DNA of 64,000 nt from an uncultured Gemmatimonadota bacterium (GCA_964607465.1 CAZSKS010000001.1:44420-108419); one strand, 5' to 3'. Shown: positions 48,720 to 58,905, counted from the first letter of the stretch. The notes: generated by a model from the letters alone, not told the origin. Made by a program: numbers and translations.

Positions 48720-50201
48720 ATGTTCCGCCGCTCATTCCGCCGCTTCGCGATCCCGTGCGCGGGAGTCCTGATCGTCCCCGTGGCCGTGGCCGCCCAGTCG
48801 TCGGGCGAGATCCCGGTCACCACCTCCTCGGACGCGGCCCGTGAGGCCTTCCGTCAGGGGGAGGCCTATCTCGACGTCGGCAGGAACGACCAGGCCCGGG
48901 AAGCCTTCCGGAAGGCCGTCGAGCTGGACCCCCGGTTCACCTACGCGTGGCTGAACCTGGCCGTCGCCGCCCCTTCCCCCGGCGAGTTCCGGGAAGCGAC
49001 GCGGAAAGCCACCGAGACGGCCGACGACAAGAGCCGGGGGGAGAAGCTCCTGTCAGCCGTCAGCGAGACGTACCTCAGCGCGGACGCCGACCGGCGCCTG
49101 GAGCTGGCGGAGGAGCTCGTGGCGGCCTACCCGCGCAGCCCCCGGGCCCGGCTCGCCCACGGCTTCGCCCTTCAGAGCCTGGACCGTCACGACGGGGCCC
49201 GCGCCGCGTTCTCGGCGGCCGTGAAGCTCGAGCCGGACCTGTACGCGGCACACGCGGCCCTGGGTTTCTCCTATCTCTTCAATGAGCCGCGCGACCCCGC
49301 CACGGCCGTCGCCCACATGGAGCACGGGCTGGAGCTCTCCCCGCGGGAGGCGAAGGCCCACGAGGCGGCGGGCGACGGCTACCGGGCCCTGGGCGACCTG
49401 CCCGGGGCGCGCACGGCCTACTCCCGGGCCCTGGAGCTGGATCCCGAGCTCAGCGTGGCGAGCCTGAAGAAGGGGCACGTGAACTCCTTCCTGGCCCACT
49501 TCGACGAGGCCCGCCGGGATTACGAGGCCGGCGTGCGCGGGGCTGTCGGCGCGAACCGCGTCACCTTCGCCAACTACCGCGCCTTCGTCCACCTCCACGC
49601 GGGGCGTCCCGACGACGCGATCCGCGAGCTCCGGGGCCTCGCCCGCGAGGCGGCCGGGACGGACCTGCCGGCGGACGACAGGTTCGGCGCCCGGGTGTTC
49701 ACCCTGACCAACGCGGCCGCCATCGCCCTCCATCACGGCAGGACGGACCAGGCGCGGTCCATCCTGGAGGAGCGAGCCAGAGCGGTGAGGTCGGAGGCCG
49801 AGCGCCTGGGCGACACGGACTTCATGCGGCGACAGGAGGCCGACATCCGGCTGTGGAACGCCCGTCTGGCTCTCAGCCTGGGCGATTTCGGCGGGGCCGA
49901 CCGGGAGCTCGAGCAGCACCGGGAGCTCCTGGCCTCCGATCGGGACCCGACGCGCCTCCAGGGCTATCACCTGGTGAAGGGGCTGATCGCCCTGGGCGAG
50001 GGCCGATCCCATCGGGCCGTCCGCGAGCTCCGACAGGCGGACCCCGAGGACCAGTATGCCAAGTTCCACCTCGCGTTGGCGCTGGAGGGTGCGGGCCGTC
50101 GGGCCGAATCGAGTCGTCTCTTCCGGGAGGTGGCGGACTTCAACTTCAACTCGGTGGACTACGCCCTCGTTCGCGGCGAGGCGCTGAAGAGGAAGGGCTG
50201 A
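48720..50201 (+). CDS. secreted tetratricopeptide (TPR) repeat protein
   Basis: Signal peptide MFRRSFRRFAIPCAGVLIVPVAVAAQ, with repeated A..AF.KA.ELDP....A...LG TPR motifs. SD GGAGAA. Confidence 0.75.
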   Translation: MFRRSFRRFAIPCAGVLIVPVAVAAQSSGEIPVTTSSDAAREAFRQGEAYLDVGRNDQAREAFRKAVELDPRFTYAWLNLAVAAPSPGEFREATRKATETADDKSRGEKLLSAVSETYLSADADRRLELAEELVAAYPRSPRARLAHGFALQSLDRHDGARAAFSAAVKLEPDLYAAHAALGFSYLFNEPRDPATAVAHMEHGLELSPREAKAHEAAGDGYRALGDLPGARTAYSRALELDPELSVASLKKGHVNSFLAHFDEARRDYEAGVRGAVGANRVTFANYRAFVHLHAGRPDDAIRELRGLAREAAGTDLPADDRFGARVFTLTNAAAIALHHGRTDQARSILEERARAVRSEAERLGDTDFMRRQEADIRLWNARLALSLGDFGGADRELEQHRELLASDRDPTRLQGYHLVKGLIALGEGRSHRAVRELRQADPEDQYAKFHLALALEGAGRRAESSRLFREVADFNFNSVDYALVRGEALKRKG

Positions 50202-50422
50202 GCCCCCGGCCCGATGTCCCGTTCACCGGTTCGGGAAGCGTCAGGCGCTCGGCCAGCGGCGACGTGGACCTGCGGGAGCGGGCCGAGGAGGAGGCTGCGA
50301 CAGCCGGGTCCCGACCGGGACGAGGGGGGATGACGTCGCCGTGAGATCTCAGGTCCCCGTTGCCTCACCCGGTGCGAGCGGTCACGTTGGACGCCACTCG
50401 ACCCTCCGAACAGGAAAGGCCC

Positions 50423-51298
50423 ATGGGACCCCTTCTCCGCGGAACCGCCGCGATCACCCTCGCCGCCGCCGTGTCGCTCGCCGCGTGCGGCGAGTCGACC
50501 TCGCCCCGGGAGCGCCTGGCGGCGGCCTCCGAGGCGACCTTCGCCGAGGGAACCTCCAACGTCTCGATGGAGATGGACATGGAGATGGGGGCGGAGGGCT
50601 CCGGCATGTCCTTCACGATGTCCGGGGACGGGGCCCTCGACCTGGGCGCCGGGACGGGGCGGATGGAGATGACGGTGCCGGGCGCCGGGAGCGGGATGGC
50701 CATGGTGTTCGCCGGCGACGTCGTCTACCTGCGCCTGCCCTTCGAGCTGGAGGGGGAGCGTCCCTGGATCCGCCAGGAGGCAGGGGAGGCCCCGGGCATG
50801 AGGCCCGGCCGCACCATGGGCTCCCAGCCCGACGCCTGGCTCGAAGCCCTGGGCACGGTGGAGGGGCGGATCACCTCCCTGGGCGCGGACACCGTGCGCG
50901 GAACCGACGTCGAGGGCTACGAGTTCACCCTCCGGGGAGCGGAGCTCTGGGGGCGGAGCGACAGCGTGCCGCCCGCCCTACGGGACCTCGAGGTGCCGAC
51001 CCGGGCCTGGCTGGACGGCGGTGACCGGGTGCGTCGGATGACCATGGAGATCGACATGGGTCGGCTGATGGAGGCGGCCCGCCAGCAGATGGAGGCGGGC
51101 GACCTCGAGGCCGGAGAGGAGGAGCTGGGGGCCGGGATGGCCTCGATGGAGGGGACGGCCACCATGACCATCGACTTCTTCGACTTCGGCGCCGACGTCC
51201 AGGTGCAGGTCCCCGACTCCACCGAGGTGATGACCCTCGAGGAGCTGCAGGAGCGAGCCCGGAGCGCCGGGGGAGACACCGCGTCCGGGGGCGACTGA
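50423..51298 (+). CDS. Met-rich lipoprotein (LolA/LprG-like fold suspected)
   Basis: Lipobox AVSLAAC-G. Met-rich segments SMEMDMEMGAEGSGMSFTMSG...GRMEMTVPGAGSGMAMVF and RRMTMEIDMGRLMEAARQQMEAG...GAGMASMEGTATMTIDFF. SD GGAAAGG. Confidence 0.65.
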   Translation: MGPLLRGTAAITLAAAVSLAACGESTSPRERLAAASEATFAEGTSNVSMEMDMEMGAEGSGMSFTMSGDGALDLGAGTGRMEMTVPGAGSGMAMVFAGDVVYLRLPFELEGERPWIRQEAGEAPGMRPGRTMGSQPDAWLEALGTVEGRITSLGADTVRGTDVEGYEFTLRGAELWGRSDSVPPALRDLEVPTRAWLDGGDRVRRMTMEIDMGRLMEAARQQMEAGDLEAGEEELGAGMASMEGTATMTIDFFDFGADVQVQVPDSTEVMTLEELQERARSAGGDTASGGD

Positions 51299-51380
51299 CG
51301 GGGGGCGCCGGCGACGGCGCCGGACGATCTCGCACCCGACGGGGCGGCCGGGCCCCGGCGCCGCGGAGGCCGGCTCCCCT

Positions 51381-52751
51381 CTATCCCTCCTCCGCCACCG
51401 GGAGCGGGAAGCAGGTCGCCTCGCCGTAGGGCTGTCCCGTGGGATCCAGGCCCGAGAGGAACGGGATCCCGTGGCGGAGCATGTCGTTCAGCCGGTGCCC
51501 GCCCTCCTGGAACAGGGCCCGGCTCCGCTCCTGGAGGACGTGGTTCAGGACCTCGTCGTCCGTCGGGCCGGGCGTCGTGTCCTCCGCCGGGTCGTAGTCC
51601 GGCAGCCCCGCCCGGGCGTGCAGGTCGTCGATGATCGCCTCCGCCCGCCCCGGGTCGCCGAGCCGGACCGAGGCCTCGGCGATGATGAGCTGCGCCTCCT
51701 CCCAGGTGGCCAGCGGGATGTCGCTCGACCGCGCCGGGTACTTCGTGGTGATCCACAGCGGCGTCACGCCGTCGAAGCCGAACTGGCCGGCGTCCTCCAC
51801 CGGCACCCGGGGGTCCTCCACGCCCTCCCACTCCAGGCCCCGGAACTCGGGGGCCACGCTGTGGTGCCCGATGTTGATGAAGAACTCGAAGCCCTTGTTC
51901 CACCGCCGGTCCAGGGACGGTGAGGGTCCGTCCCGCAGGGCCAGCTTCTCGAAGCCCTCGGGCACGAGCTCGGCGGTGTCGATGGCAGCCTGGAGGTTCT
52001 GGTCGCCGCCCAGGTCGAGCAGCGTCCGGGCGAGCCCGACCCGCGCCATGCCGAGCACTTCGTCGTCACCCGCCTGCTGGGCCAGCCCGATGGCCCGGCC
52101 GAACCGGTCCCTGGCCAGCTCCAGGGACTCGACGGGCTCGAGGACGGGCCCGCCGTCGAACCGCACCTGGCAGAAGCCCTCGCCGAAGAGGGTGTAGGCG
52201 TAGCCGCCGTAAGCCGACACGGTGGCCATCTTGCCGGTGCGGTCGGCGACCTCCTCGTCGCTGAACCCCTCGAGGCGATCGAACACGTCGTCGGCCTGGA
52301 ACCGGGCCGTCTGCAGCGTCGTCCACAGGCCGAAGCCGTTCCCCTCGCAGGTGCCGTTCACGTAGTTGTCGAAGCTGGCGGTGATCCTGCGGCTGCTCCA
52401 GTTGCGCTGCACGAGGTTCCCGGAGGAGGGGATGAACTCGTCGGAATGGGCCGCCGCGCCGAAGGTGTAGTTGTTGTAGGCGCACTCGAAGTCGGCGACG
52501 ACGCCGCTCACCATGGCGTCCGCCAGCTCGGGGTCCTCCAGCGACTCCTCGGGCACCTGCCCCGGCAGCTCCACGTCCAGGAGGGAGTCGCAGCCCGCCA
52601 GGAAGGCCACCCCCAGCGCCAGCAGGCCCACCGAGAGAAGGGGCCTCGTTCCCCGTCGTCGAGCTCCGGTACCACGATCCTCGGTCCTCCTCACGTCCGC
52701 CTCCTCGGTCCCTTTCGGCGCGTCGCGCGTCCCGCTCGCAGGTCGTCGCAT
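51381..52751 (-). CDS. SusD/RagB-family outer-membrane lipoprotein (pair 1)
   Basis: Lipobox LALGVAFLAGC-D. It starts 17 nt after the SusC-like stop with SD GGTGGAGGGA. SusD-like length and helical, TPR-like composition. Confidence 0.78.
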   Translation of the reverse strand: MRRPASGTRDAPKGTEEADVRRTEDRGTGARRRGTRPLLSVGLLALGVAFLAGCDSLLDVELPGQVPEESLEDPELADAMVSGVVADFECAYNNYTFGAAAHSDEFIPSSGNLVQRNWSSRRITASFDNYVNGTCEGNGFGLWTTLQTARFQADDVFDRLEGFSDEEVADRTGKMATVSAYGGYAYTLFGEGFCQVRFDGGPVLEPVESLELARDRFGRAIGLAQQAGDDEVLGMARVGLARTLLDLGGDQNLQAAIDTAELVPEGFEKLALRDGPSPSLDRRWNKGFEFFINIGHHSVAPEFRGLEWEGVEDPRVPVEDAGQFGFDGVTPLWITTKYPARSSDIPLATWEEAQLIIAEASVRLGDPGRAEAIIDDLHARAGLPDYDPAEDTTPGPTDDEVLNHVLQERSRALFQEGGHRLNDMLRHGIPFLSGLDPTGQPYGEATCFPLPVAEEG

Positions 52752-52768
52752 CGGATGTCCCTCCACCG

Positions 52769-55700
52769 TCAGAAGCTGAGCCGGAGGACGGCTTCCACCG
52801 AGGTCAGGTGGGGCCAGCTCTCCTGGATGAAGGCGTTCAGCGGCTGCGCCTCCGACGTCTCGGGATCCGGGAGCCGGTGGCCGAACTTCTCCTCCTGGGC
52901 GACCCACAGCGTCGCCACGTTCCGTCCGGCCACGGTCACCGACGCCCGGTTCGCCCCGATCCGCCGGGCGATCGAGGCCGGGAACCGGTAGGTGGCCGAC
53001 ACCGTCCTGAGCTTGGCCCATCCCGCGTCCATTATCCCGGCCAGGCCGAACGACCCCCCCTGGGCGATGAGCTGCTCGGCCGCCGCGAGGAAGGGATCAC
53101 ATCGCGTGTGGATGCACCGCGAGTTGCGGAAGAACACGTGGGAGGCCGCCACGTCACCGCTGATCCGCGTGTGGCCCGACTCCCAGTCGGCCAGGGCGTA
53201 GAGCTCCAGGTTGTCGAAGAGGCGCACCGTGGCCGCGAAGCTGCCGACCCACACCGGGGTCGGCTGGCCGACGTAGGCGCTGCCCGCCTCGTCGCAGGGG
53301 ACCGGCTCTCCTCCGCCGGTCAGCGGGTCCCCGCCCTCGCAGAGGACGTTCTGCAGGTTGCCGTCGTCGTCGAACTCCGCGTTGACGATGTTCGGCAGGA
53401 AGATCGCGCCGAGCGGAAAGCCCTCGACGTGCCGCTGCCCCATGGTGGGCTCGTGGATGATGGAGCCGATGCCGCCCAGGTCCTCGACCTCGTTGGTGTT
53501 CCGGGACAGCGTGAGGTTCAGGTCCAGGCCCACGTCGTCGCCCCGGAGGACCTCACCGCCCGCGGCGACCTCGACGCCCGTGTTCCCGACCTGTCCGATG
53601 TTCACGAACTGCTCGCCCGGAAAGCCCCTCGAGGGGAGGGCCGGGACCTGCACGATGGCGTTCTTCGTGTTCTGGTCGTAGAAGTTGAACTCCAGGGAGA
53701 AGCGCTCGTCGAACAGCCCGGCGTCGAAGCCCACCTCCAGCTCCTCGCCGACTTCGGGCTCCAGCTCCGGGTTGCCCACGTTCTCCGGCGTGAGGCCGGG
53801 AGCACCGCCCGGGCCCGAGATCGGCGCGTAGGTGCGGATGGCCGCGAAGGCGTCGGGCTGCTGCCCGGCCTGCCCCCACGCGGCCCGCAGCCGCAGGGTG
53901 CTCAGGAAGCTCTCGCCGAAGAACGGCTCCTCGCTCACCACCCAGCTCCCGCTGACCTTGGGATAGGTGACGAAGTCGAACTCCTGGCCGAAGGCGCTGT
54001 TGTCGTCGCCGCGCAGCGCCCCGGTCAGGAAGACCCGGTCCTTCCACACCAGCTGCTCCTGCACGTACAGGCCCAGGGTGCGGTTCTCGAGGAAGCTCTC
54101 CTCCGCCGATCGCTGGTCGCCGGCCGTCGAGGAGATCGTCTCCAGCTGCTCCAGGGCCAGCCCCTCCCCCTCCAGGTTGTCGCTCTCGGTCATCTCCCGG
54201 TGGTACTGGGTGCCGACGGAGGTGTTGGCCGAGAGGTCCGGCGTCAGCTCCAGGCTGGCCGTCGCGCCGTAGTCGAACGAGAGGAACTCCACGCGCTCCC
54301 GGTCCACCTCTCGCGACCCCACGACGTTGAAGCAGGGGTTGCCGTTGGTCATGTCCCGGCGGCACAGCAGCGACGAGCGGACGTTGGAGAGGTCCGTCCC
54401 CACCGTCAGGTGATGGCGGAGCCAGTCCGAGGGCCGGTGCTCCAGGTTCAGGCTCACCGTCGTCCGGTCGACGTCCTCGAGCCCCTCCACCTCCTCCTCG
54501 AACTCCTCCGGCGTGCTGGCCAGGTAGCCCCGGGTCGGCGTCTCCTCCAGGAGCGGGGTCCCCCAGATGATGTGGGTGGTGATGGGCTGGGCCGCCGAGG
54601 CCGACTCCACCGTGCTGGTGTGGTAGCCGATGTTGAGGTTCGCCGAGATCTCGGGTGTCGGCTCGAGGCTGAAGTTGGTCCGGGCGTTGAGCTGGTTCTG
54701 CCAGTTGTAGGGGACGATCCCCTCGTTGCGGTCAAAGCTGCCCGAGACGTAGTAGTCGATGGCCTCGGCCGCCCCGGCGACGCTGGCCGAGTACTGCTGG
54801 TTGTGTCCCGTGCCGAAGGGAGAGCCGAAGCCCTCGTCGATGTCGTTCTGGATGATGTTGAGGCCGATGAGCTCCCCGGATCCGTCCCGGGCCCACACCG
54901 TGGGGAAGACCTCCGTGGCGTTCGGCAGGAAGCTCGCCCCCTGCCCGACCTGGAGGCGCACGTCCGGCCGTCCCGACCGGCCCGACTTGGTGATGATCTG
55001 GATGACCCCGTTGGAGGCCTCGGTCCCGTACAGGGTGGCCGCCGCCGGGCCCTTGATGATCTCGATGGACTCGATGTCCTCCGGGTTCAGCTGGTTGATG
55101 CGGGAGGGACCGGAGTCGCCGAACGCCCCGGAGAAGGCCGCGCCGGTTCCCGTCGCCTCGTTGTTGATCCGCACCCCGTCCACGTAGATGAGGGGCTCGG
55201 TGGACAGGCTCAGGCTTCCCACGCCCCGGATCACGGTGCTGCCGCCGGTCCCCACCTCCCCGGTGGCGTCGCGGATGCGGACGCCGGACACCCGGGATCC
55301 GATCAGGCCCTGGACGTTCTCCGGCCGGGCCACCTCGTTCACCTCCTCGGCGCTGACGCGCCCCACGGTGTTGCCGATGGCCCGGGAGCGCTGCTCCCCG
55401 GCGGTCCCGGTCACGACGATCTCGTCCAGCGAGATGGCCTCGACGCTGAGCTGGATCGACACGTCGGTGGTCCCCACGGCCACCGTCCGCGTGATCGGTC
55501 GATAGCCCAGGTACCGGACCCGGAGGGTGACCTCCTGGCCGGAGAGCCCCGTCAGCTCGAAACGGCCCGCCTCGTCGGTCAGGGCCCCGATCCTGGTGCC
55601 CTCGACGGTCACCTGGGCGCCGGAGATCGGCTCCAGGGAGCTGGCGTCGAGCACCTCGCCGGCCACGCGGTCCTGGGCCGAGAGCGGGGCCGTCGCCGCC

Positions 55701-55816
55701 AGCGAGAGGAGGACGGGGAGCGCGACGAGGGCGGCGAGCCGGGCCAGGGAGCGCCGGGCTTTCGCCGGCCCGCCGCGCGTCGTCTGCCGGGGACACGTCG
55801 GGCGGAAGAGATTCAC
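52769..55816 (-). CDS. SusC/RagA-type TonB-linked outer-membrane transporter (pair 1)
   Basis: Signal peptide, a CarboxypepD_reg-like domain (VAGEVLDASSLEPISGAQVTVEGTRIGALTDEAGRFELTGL...), a TonB box/plug (ISLDEIVVTGTAGEQRSRAIGNTVGRVSAEEV..., IYVDGVRINNEA) and a C-terminal ...VLRLSF. Confidence 0.9.
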   Translation of the reverse strand: MNLFRPTCPRQTTRGGPAKARRSLARLAALVALPVLLSLAATAPLSAQDRVAGEVLDASSLEPISGAQVTVEGTRIGALTDEAGRFELTGLSGQEVTLRVRYLGYRPITRTVAVGTTDVSIQLSVEAISLDEIVVTGTAGEQRSRAIGNTVGRVSAEEVNEVARPENVQGLIGSRVSGVRIRDATGEVGTGGSTVIRGVGSLSLSTEPLIYVDGVRINNEATGTGAAFSGAFGDSGPSRINQLNPEDIESIEIIKGPAAATLYGTEASNGVIQIITKSGRSGRPDVRLQVGQGASFLPNATEVFPTVWARDGSGELIGLNIIQNDIDEGFGSPFGTGHNQQYSASVAGAAEAIDYYVSGSFDRNEGIVPYNWQNQLNARTNFSLEPTPEISANLNIGYHTSTVESASAAQPITTHIIWGTPLLEETPTRGYLASTPEEFEEEVEGLEDVDRTTVSLNLEHRPSDWLRHHLTVGTDLSNVRSSLLCRRDMTNGNPCFNVVGSREVDRERVEFLSFDYGATASLELTPDLSANTSVGTQYHREMTESDNLEGEGLALEQLETISSTAGDQRSAEESFLENRTLGLYVQEQLVWKDRVFLTGALRGDDNSAFGQEFDFVTYPKVSGSWVVSEEPFFGESFLSTLRLRAAWGQAGQQPDAFAAIRTYAPISGPGGAPGLTPENVGNPELEPEVGEELEVGFDAGLFDERFSLEFNFYDQNTKNAIVQVPALPSRGFPGEQFVNIGQVGNTGVEVAAGGEVLRGDDVGLDLNLTLSRNTNEVEDLGGIGSIIHEPTMGQRHVEGFPLGAIFLPNIVNAEFDDDGNLQNVLCEGGDPLTGGGEPVPCDEAGSAYVGQPTPVWVGSFAATVRLFDNLELYALADWESGHTRISGDVAASHVFFRNSRCIHTRCDPFLAAAEQLIAQGGSFGLAGIMDAGWAKLRTVSATYRFPASIARRIGANRASVTVAGRNVATLWVAQEEKFGHRLPDPETSEAQPLNAFIQESWPHLTSVEAVLRLSF

Positions 55817-55882
55817 GGTCTCACCTCGCAGGTCGGGAGCTGAGGGAACCAGGGTCGAGCTCTGGGCGTGCCGGCCGCGGGG

Positions 55883-55911
55883 ACTATAAATGTGCACGGG
55901 TTTGTATACAA
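55883..55911 (-). promoter_or_regulatory. candidate sigma70-type promoter for susC-like gene 1 (TTGTAT-17-TATAGT)
   Basis: The minus strand has TTGTAT (55911-55906), a 17-nt spacer and TATAGT (55888-55883). The -35 lies inside a 10-bp palindrome TTGTATACAA (55902-55911), in the only AT-rich patch of this intergenic region. Confidence 0.45.
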
Positions 55912-56058
55912 GTTTCGCGCAGACTTGTGTGCAGACGGGGGTCCCGTGGGGGACGTGCCACCGCACGGAGCGCGCTCGGAGAGGGTGGAGGACGCGCAGG
56001 TACCGGGGATCGACAGCCCGGATCGAGAGTCGAGCGCGCGGCGGACGCCCGCGCCGCC

Positions 56059-57543
56059 TCAGGATCCCCCGGCCGTCTCCTCCGGGAGGATGGGCGCCTG
56101 GCCCGGCGGCAGGGGCGAGTCGTAGGGCTCCCCGCCGGTCCCCTCCCGGAAGGCCCGCTTCGCCCGCTCCAGGAGCCCGGCGTCGGTGAGCAGGTCGGTG
56201 CCCGTGAGGGCGATCACCCGCGCGGCGACGTCCGCCGCCAGCACCGACTCCTCCCGACCGTGGGAGGCCGTGGCGGCCCAGCTGTGCCAGGGGATGCCGA
56301 CCGGGGCCGACGTGACGGTGAACTCCACGGTGGGCGCGATCCAGCTCACCTCGGCGACGTCCGTGGAACCACCCGAGGCCGGCTCGGCCCCCTCGGCCAG
56401 GGGCTTCACCTCGGTGTCCAGCCCTTCCCGGTCGATCTCCAGTGAGCCCTGCAGCTCGGTGGCGAACCGCCGGAACGAGTCGGGGAAGTCGGGAGCCCCC
56501 ACCGTCTCCAGGTTCGCCTGGACGGCCTCCTGGAGCGGACGGTTGAGCAGCATCTCGTGGACGCCGGTGATCAGCGTCACCTCGTGCTCGGTGCCGGTGG
56601 CCAGGGCTGACCCCTCGGCGATGTCCTGCATCCAGTCGTAGTACTCCTCCACCCGCGTCCGCATCGTGTCACGGGCGTAGTACCAGACGGTGGCCCGATC
56701 GGGCACCACGTTGGGGGCCCCGCCGCCGTCGGGGATCACGTAGTGGATCCGGGCGCTGGGACGGACGTGCTCCCGCATCAGGTTGACTCCGTGGTTCATC
56801 AGCTCGACGGCGTCCAGGGCGCTGCGGCCGTTCCACGGGTCCGCCGCCCCGTGTGCGGACTGGCCGTGGAAGGTGACCTCGAAGTTGTTGAGGGCCCGGC
56901 CGGCGTTGTTGTCCACCTCGGTGTCCAGGCTGGGATGCCACGCGATGGCCGCGTCCAGGTCGTCGAACAGCCCGTCACGGGCCATGTACACCTTGCCGAC
57001 CACGGTCTCCTCGGCCGGCGTGCCGTAGACGCGGATCGTCCCCGACAGCCCCCGCTCCTCCATGGTGCGCTTGATGGCGATGCCCCCGCCCACCGAGCCG
57101 GCCCCGAAGAGGTTGTGGCCGCAGCCGTGGCCCGTGGTCCCGCCGTCCTCCCGCGGGGCCTGCCGGGGCACCGGCGCGTTGCCGACGCCGGGCAGGGCGT
57201 CGAACTCGGCCAGGACGCCGATCACCGGCGAGCCCTCGCCCCACGTGGCCACGAAGGCGGTGGGCATACCCGCCACGCCCCGCTCCACCGTGAAGCCCTC
57301 CTCCTCCAGCAGGTCGGCCAGGAACGCCGCGGAGCGCTCCTCCCTGAGCGCCGTCTCGGCGAAGTCCCACAGCTGCATGGACATGGTGTGGATCTCGGTG
57401 TCCAGGGCCTGGACGTGGCCGAGGGCCGCCTGCTTCGACTCGGACAGCCCCTGCTGCGCCTCGGCCGTGGCCGGCCCGGCCGGGCCGGGGAGGGCGATCG
57501 AGAGGAGGACGAGCAGCGCCGGGAGGGATCGGCGAGGGATCAT
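56059..57543 (-). CDS. secreted M20-family amidohydrolase (AbgB/aminobenzoyl-glutamate-hydrolase-like subgroup)
   Basis: Signal peptide MIPRRSLPALLVLLSIALPGPAGPATAEAQ, then ...GVLAEFDALPGVG..., GHGCGHNLFGAGS, GTPAEE, TFHGQSAHGAA.PW.GRSALDA. SD GGAGG. Confidence 0.82.
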   Translation of the reverse strand: MIPRRSLPALLVLLSIALPGPAGPATAEAQQGLSESKQAALGHVQALDTEIHTMSMQLWDFAETALREERSAAFLADLLEEEGFTVERGVAGMPTAFVATWGEGSPVIGVLAEFDALPGVGNAPVPRQAPREDGGTTGHGCGHNLFGAGSVGGGIAIKRTMEERGLSGTIRVYGTPAEETVVGKVYMARDGLFDDLDAAIAWHPSLDTEVDNNAGRALNNFEVTFHGQSAHGAADPWNGRSALDAVELMNHGVNLMREHVRPSARIHYVIPDGGGAPNVVPDRATVWYYARDTMRTRVEEYYDWMQDIAEGSALATGTEHEVTLITGVHEMLLNRPLQEAVQANLETVGAPDFPDSFRRFATELQGSLEIDREGLDTEVKPLAEGAEPASGGSTDVAEVSWIAPTVEFTVTSAPVGIPWHSWAATASHGREESVLAADVAARVIALTGTDLLTDAGLLERAKRAFREGTGGEPYDSPLPPGQAPILPEETAGGS

Positions 57544-57579
57544 CGGGACCTCCGGGGCACGAGGGTGGCGTCTACGCGG

Positions 57580-58905
57580 CTAGCAGCCCTCGGGAGCGTT
57601 CGGGTTGTTGAGGCACTCCTGCTCGGGCGTGGGGAGGAAGTCGATGGTGGGCTCGACGGTGATGTCCGCCCCCAGCCTCCGGGTGTCCTCCCAGCGGAGC
57701 CCCTGGTTGTAGAGCTCGTACTTGCGCTCGTAGGCGATCTGCTCGAGCAGCTCGGCCTCGGTGTCCAGCTCCTCGTCGGGAATCGACGGAAGGTCGGCCA
57801 CCGGCTCGTCAACCGGCGAGCTGGACTGGGTCCGGACGGCGTCGATCTCCTGGCGGGCCAGGTCGAACTGGTCCGTCATCGTGTAGGCCTCCGCCCGGAT
57901 CAGTCGCATCTCGTCCGGCAGGTAGACCGGGAAGGAGGCGGTGGGGGTGGCGAACCGCTCCAGCGGGATGAGCAGGGAGTCCGGGTTCCCGACCACCGGG
58001 TCGGCGTCCGCGTCGGCCCAGTAGTCCACCCGGCCGTCCCCCTCCTCGGCGGATTCGGCCCAGCTGTTCAGCACGCTGACGTAACGAAGCTGGAAGGCCA
58101 GGTTCTCCACCGGGTTCTGGGTGGAGGAGGTGTAGCTGAACACCGACAGGACCGACGGGTCGACCCGGTCGGCCGCCGTGATGGCGGCCTCGTGGTTGCC
58201 GGCGAAGAGGTGATAGCGGGCCAGCATGGCGTCGACGGTGTTCGGCAGGTCGAAGCCCGACCCCAGCACCCGCTGCTCGGTGAGACCCACGTCGGCGTCC
58301 TCCAGGTCCGTCCGGGCCGCCTCCAGCAGGTCCAGGACCGTGGAGAACACCTGCTGCCGATCCACGAACGGCGGCTCATTGCTCGAGACGTCCACCGGCA
58401 TCTGTTCGAACTGCTGCGCGATCGTACCGAGCGCCATGGCCTTGAACAGGCGGGCGGTGGCCAGGATGCCCGACTGCAGGCCCGCCGGCAGCTCGGTGTC
58501 GGGCACGGTGGCGACGAGATCGTCCGCCGAGCGGACCACCTGGTAGGCGGCCGCCCACGGCTCCTCCACACGCGCCGAGGCACGTGAGAGCTCGAACTCC
58601 TGTCCGGTGAGGAAGAGGTCCCGGTAGGACGACAGGGAGAGGGTGGTGGTCCCCCACTCGTCGGTGACCAGCGCCGGGGCCTGGATGAACTCGTCCACCT
58701 GCCCGGCGTACTGGCCCTGCATGCCCACGGCCAGCGAGACGACCCCCTCGTCGTCGCCCAGCGACTCCTCCCGGGTGGGGGAGTTCGGGTTCTCGACGCT
58801 CAGGTCGCAGGCGGACAGTCCCACGAAGAGGCCGGCGAGGAGGAGTCCCCGCCATGCCCCGCGCGCGAGCACCGGGATACGGTCGGTCCTACGAATCAAC
58901 TGCAT
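57580..58905 (-). CDS. SusD/RagB-family outer-membrane lipoprotein (pair 2)
   Basis: Lipobox LFVGLSAC-D. It starts 12 nt after the SusC-like stop with SD GAGGAGGAG. The C-terminal ...YELYNQGLRWEDTRR is a typical SusD-like motif. Confidence 0.8.
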   Translation of the reverse strand: MQLIRRTDRIPVLARGAWRGLLLAGLFVGLSACDLSVENPNSPTREESLGDDEGVVSLAVGMQGQYAGQVDEFIQAPALVTDEWGTTTLSLSSYRDLFLTGQEFELSRASARVEEPWAAAYQVVRSADDLVATVPDTELPAGLQSGILATARLFKAMALGTIAQQFEQMPVDVSSNEPPFVDRQQVFSTVLDLLEAARTDLEDADVGLTEQRVLGSGFDLPNTVDAMLARYHLFAGNHEAAITAADRVDPSVLSVFSYTSSTQNPVENLAFQLRYVSVLNSWAESAEEGDGRVDYWADADADPVVGNPDSLLIPLERFATPTASFPVYLPDEMRLIRAEAYTMTDQFDLARQEIDAVRTQSSSPVDEPVADLPSIPDEELDTEAELLEQIAYERKYELYNQGLRWEDTRRLGADITVEPTIDFLPTPEQECLNNPNAPEGC

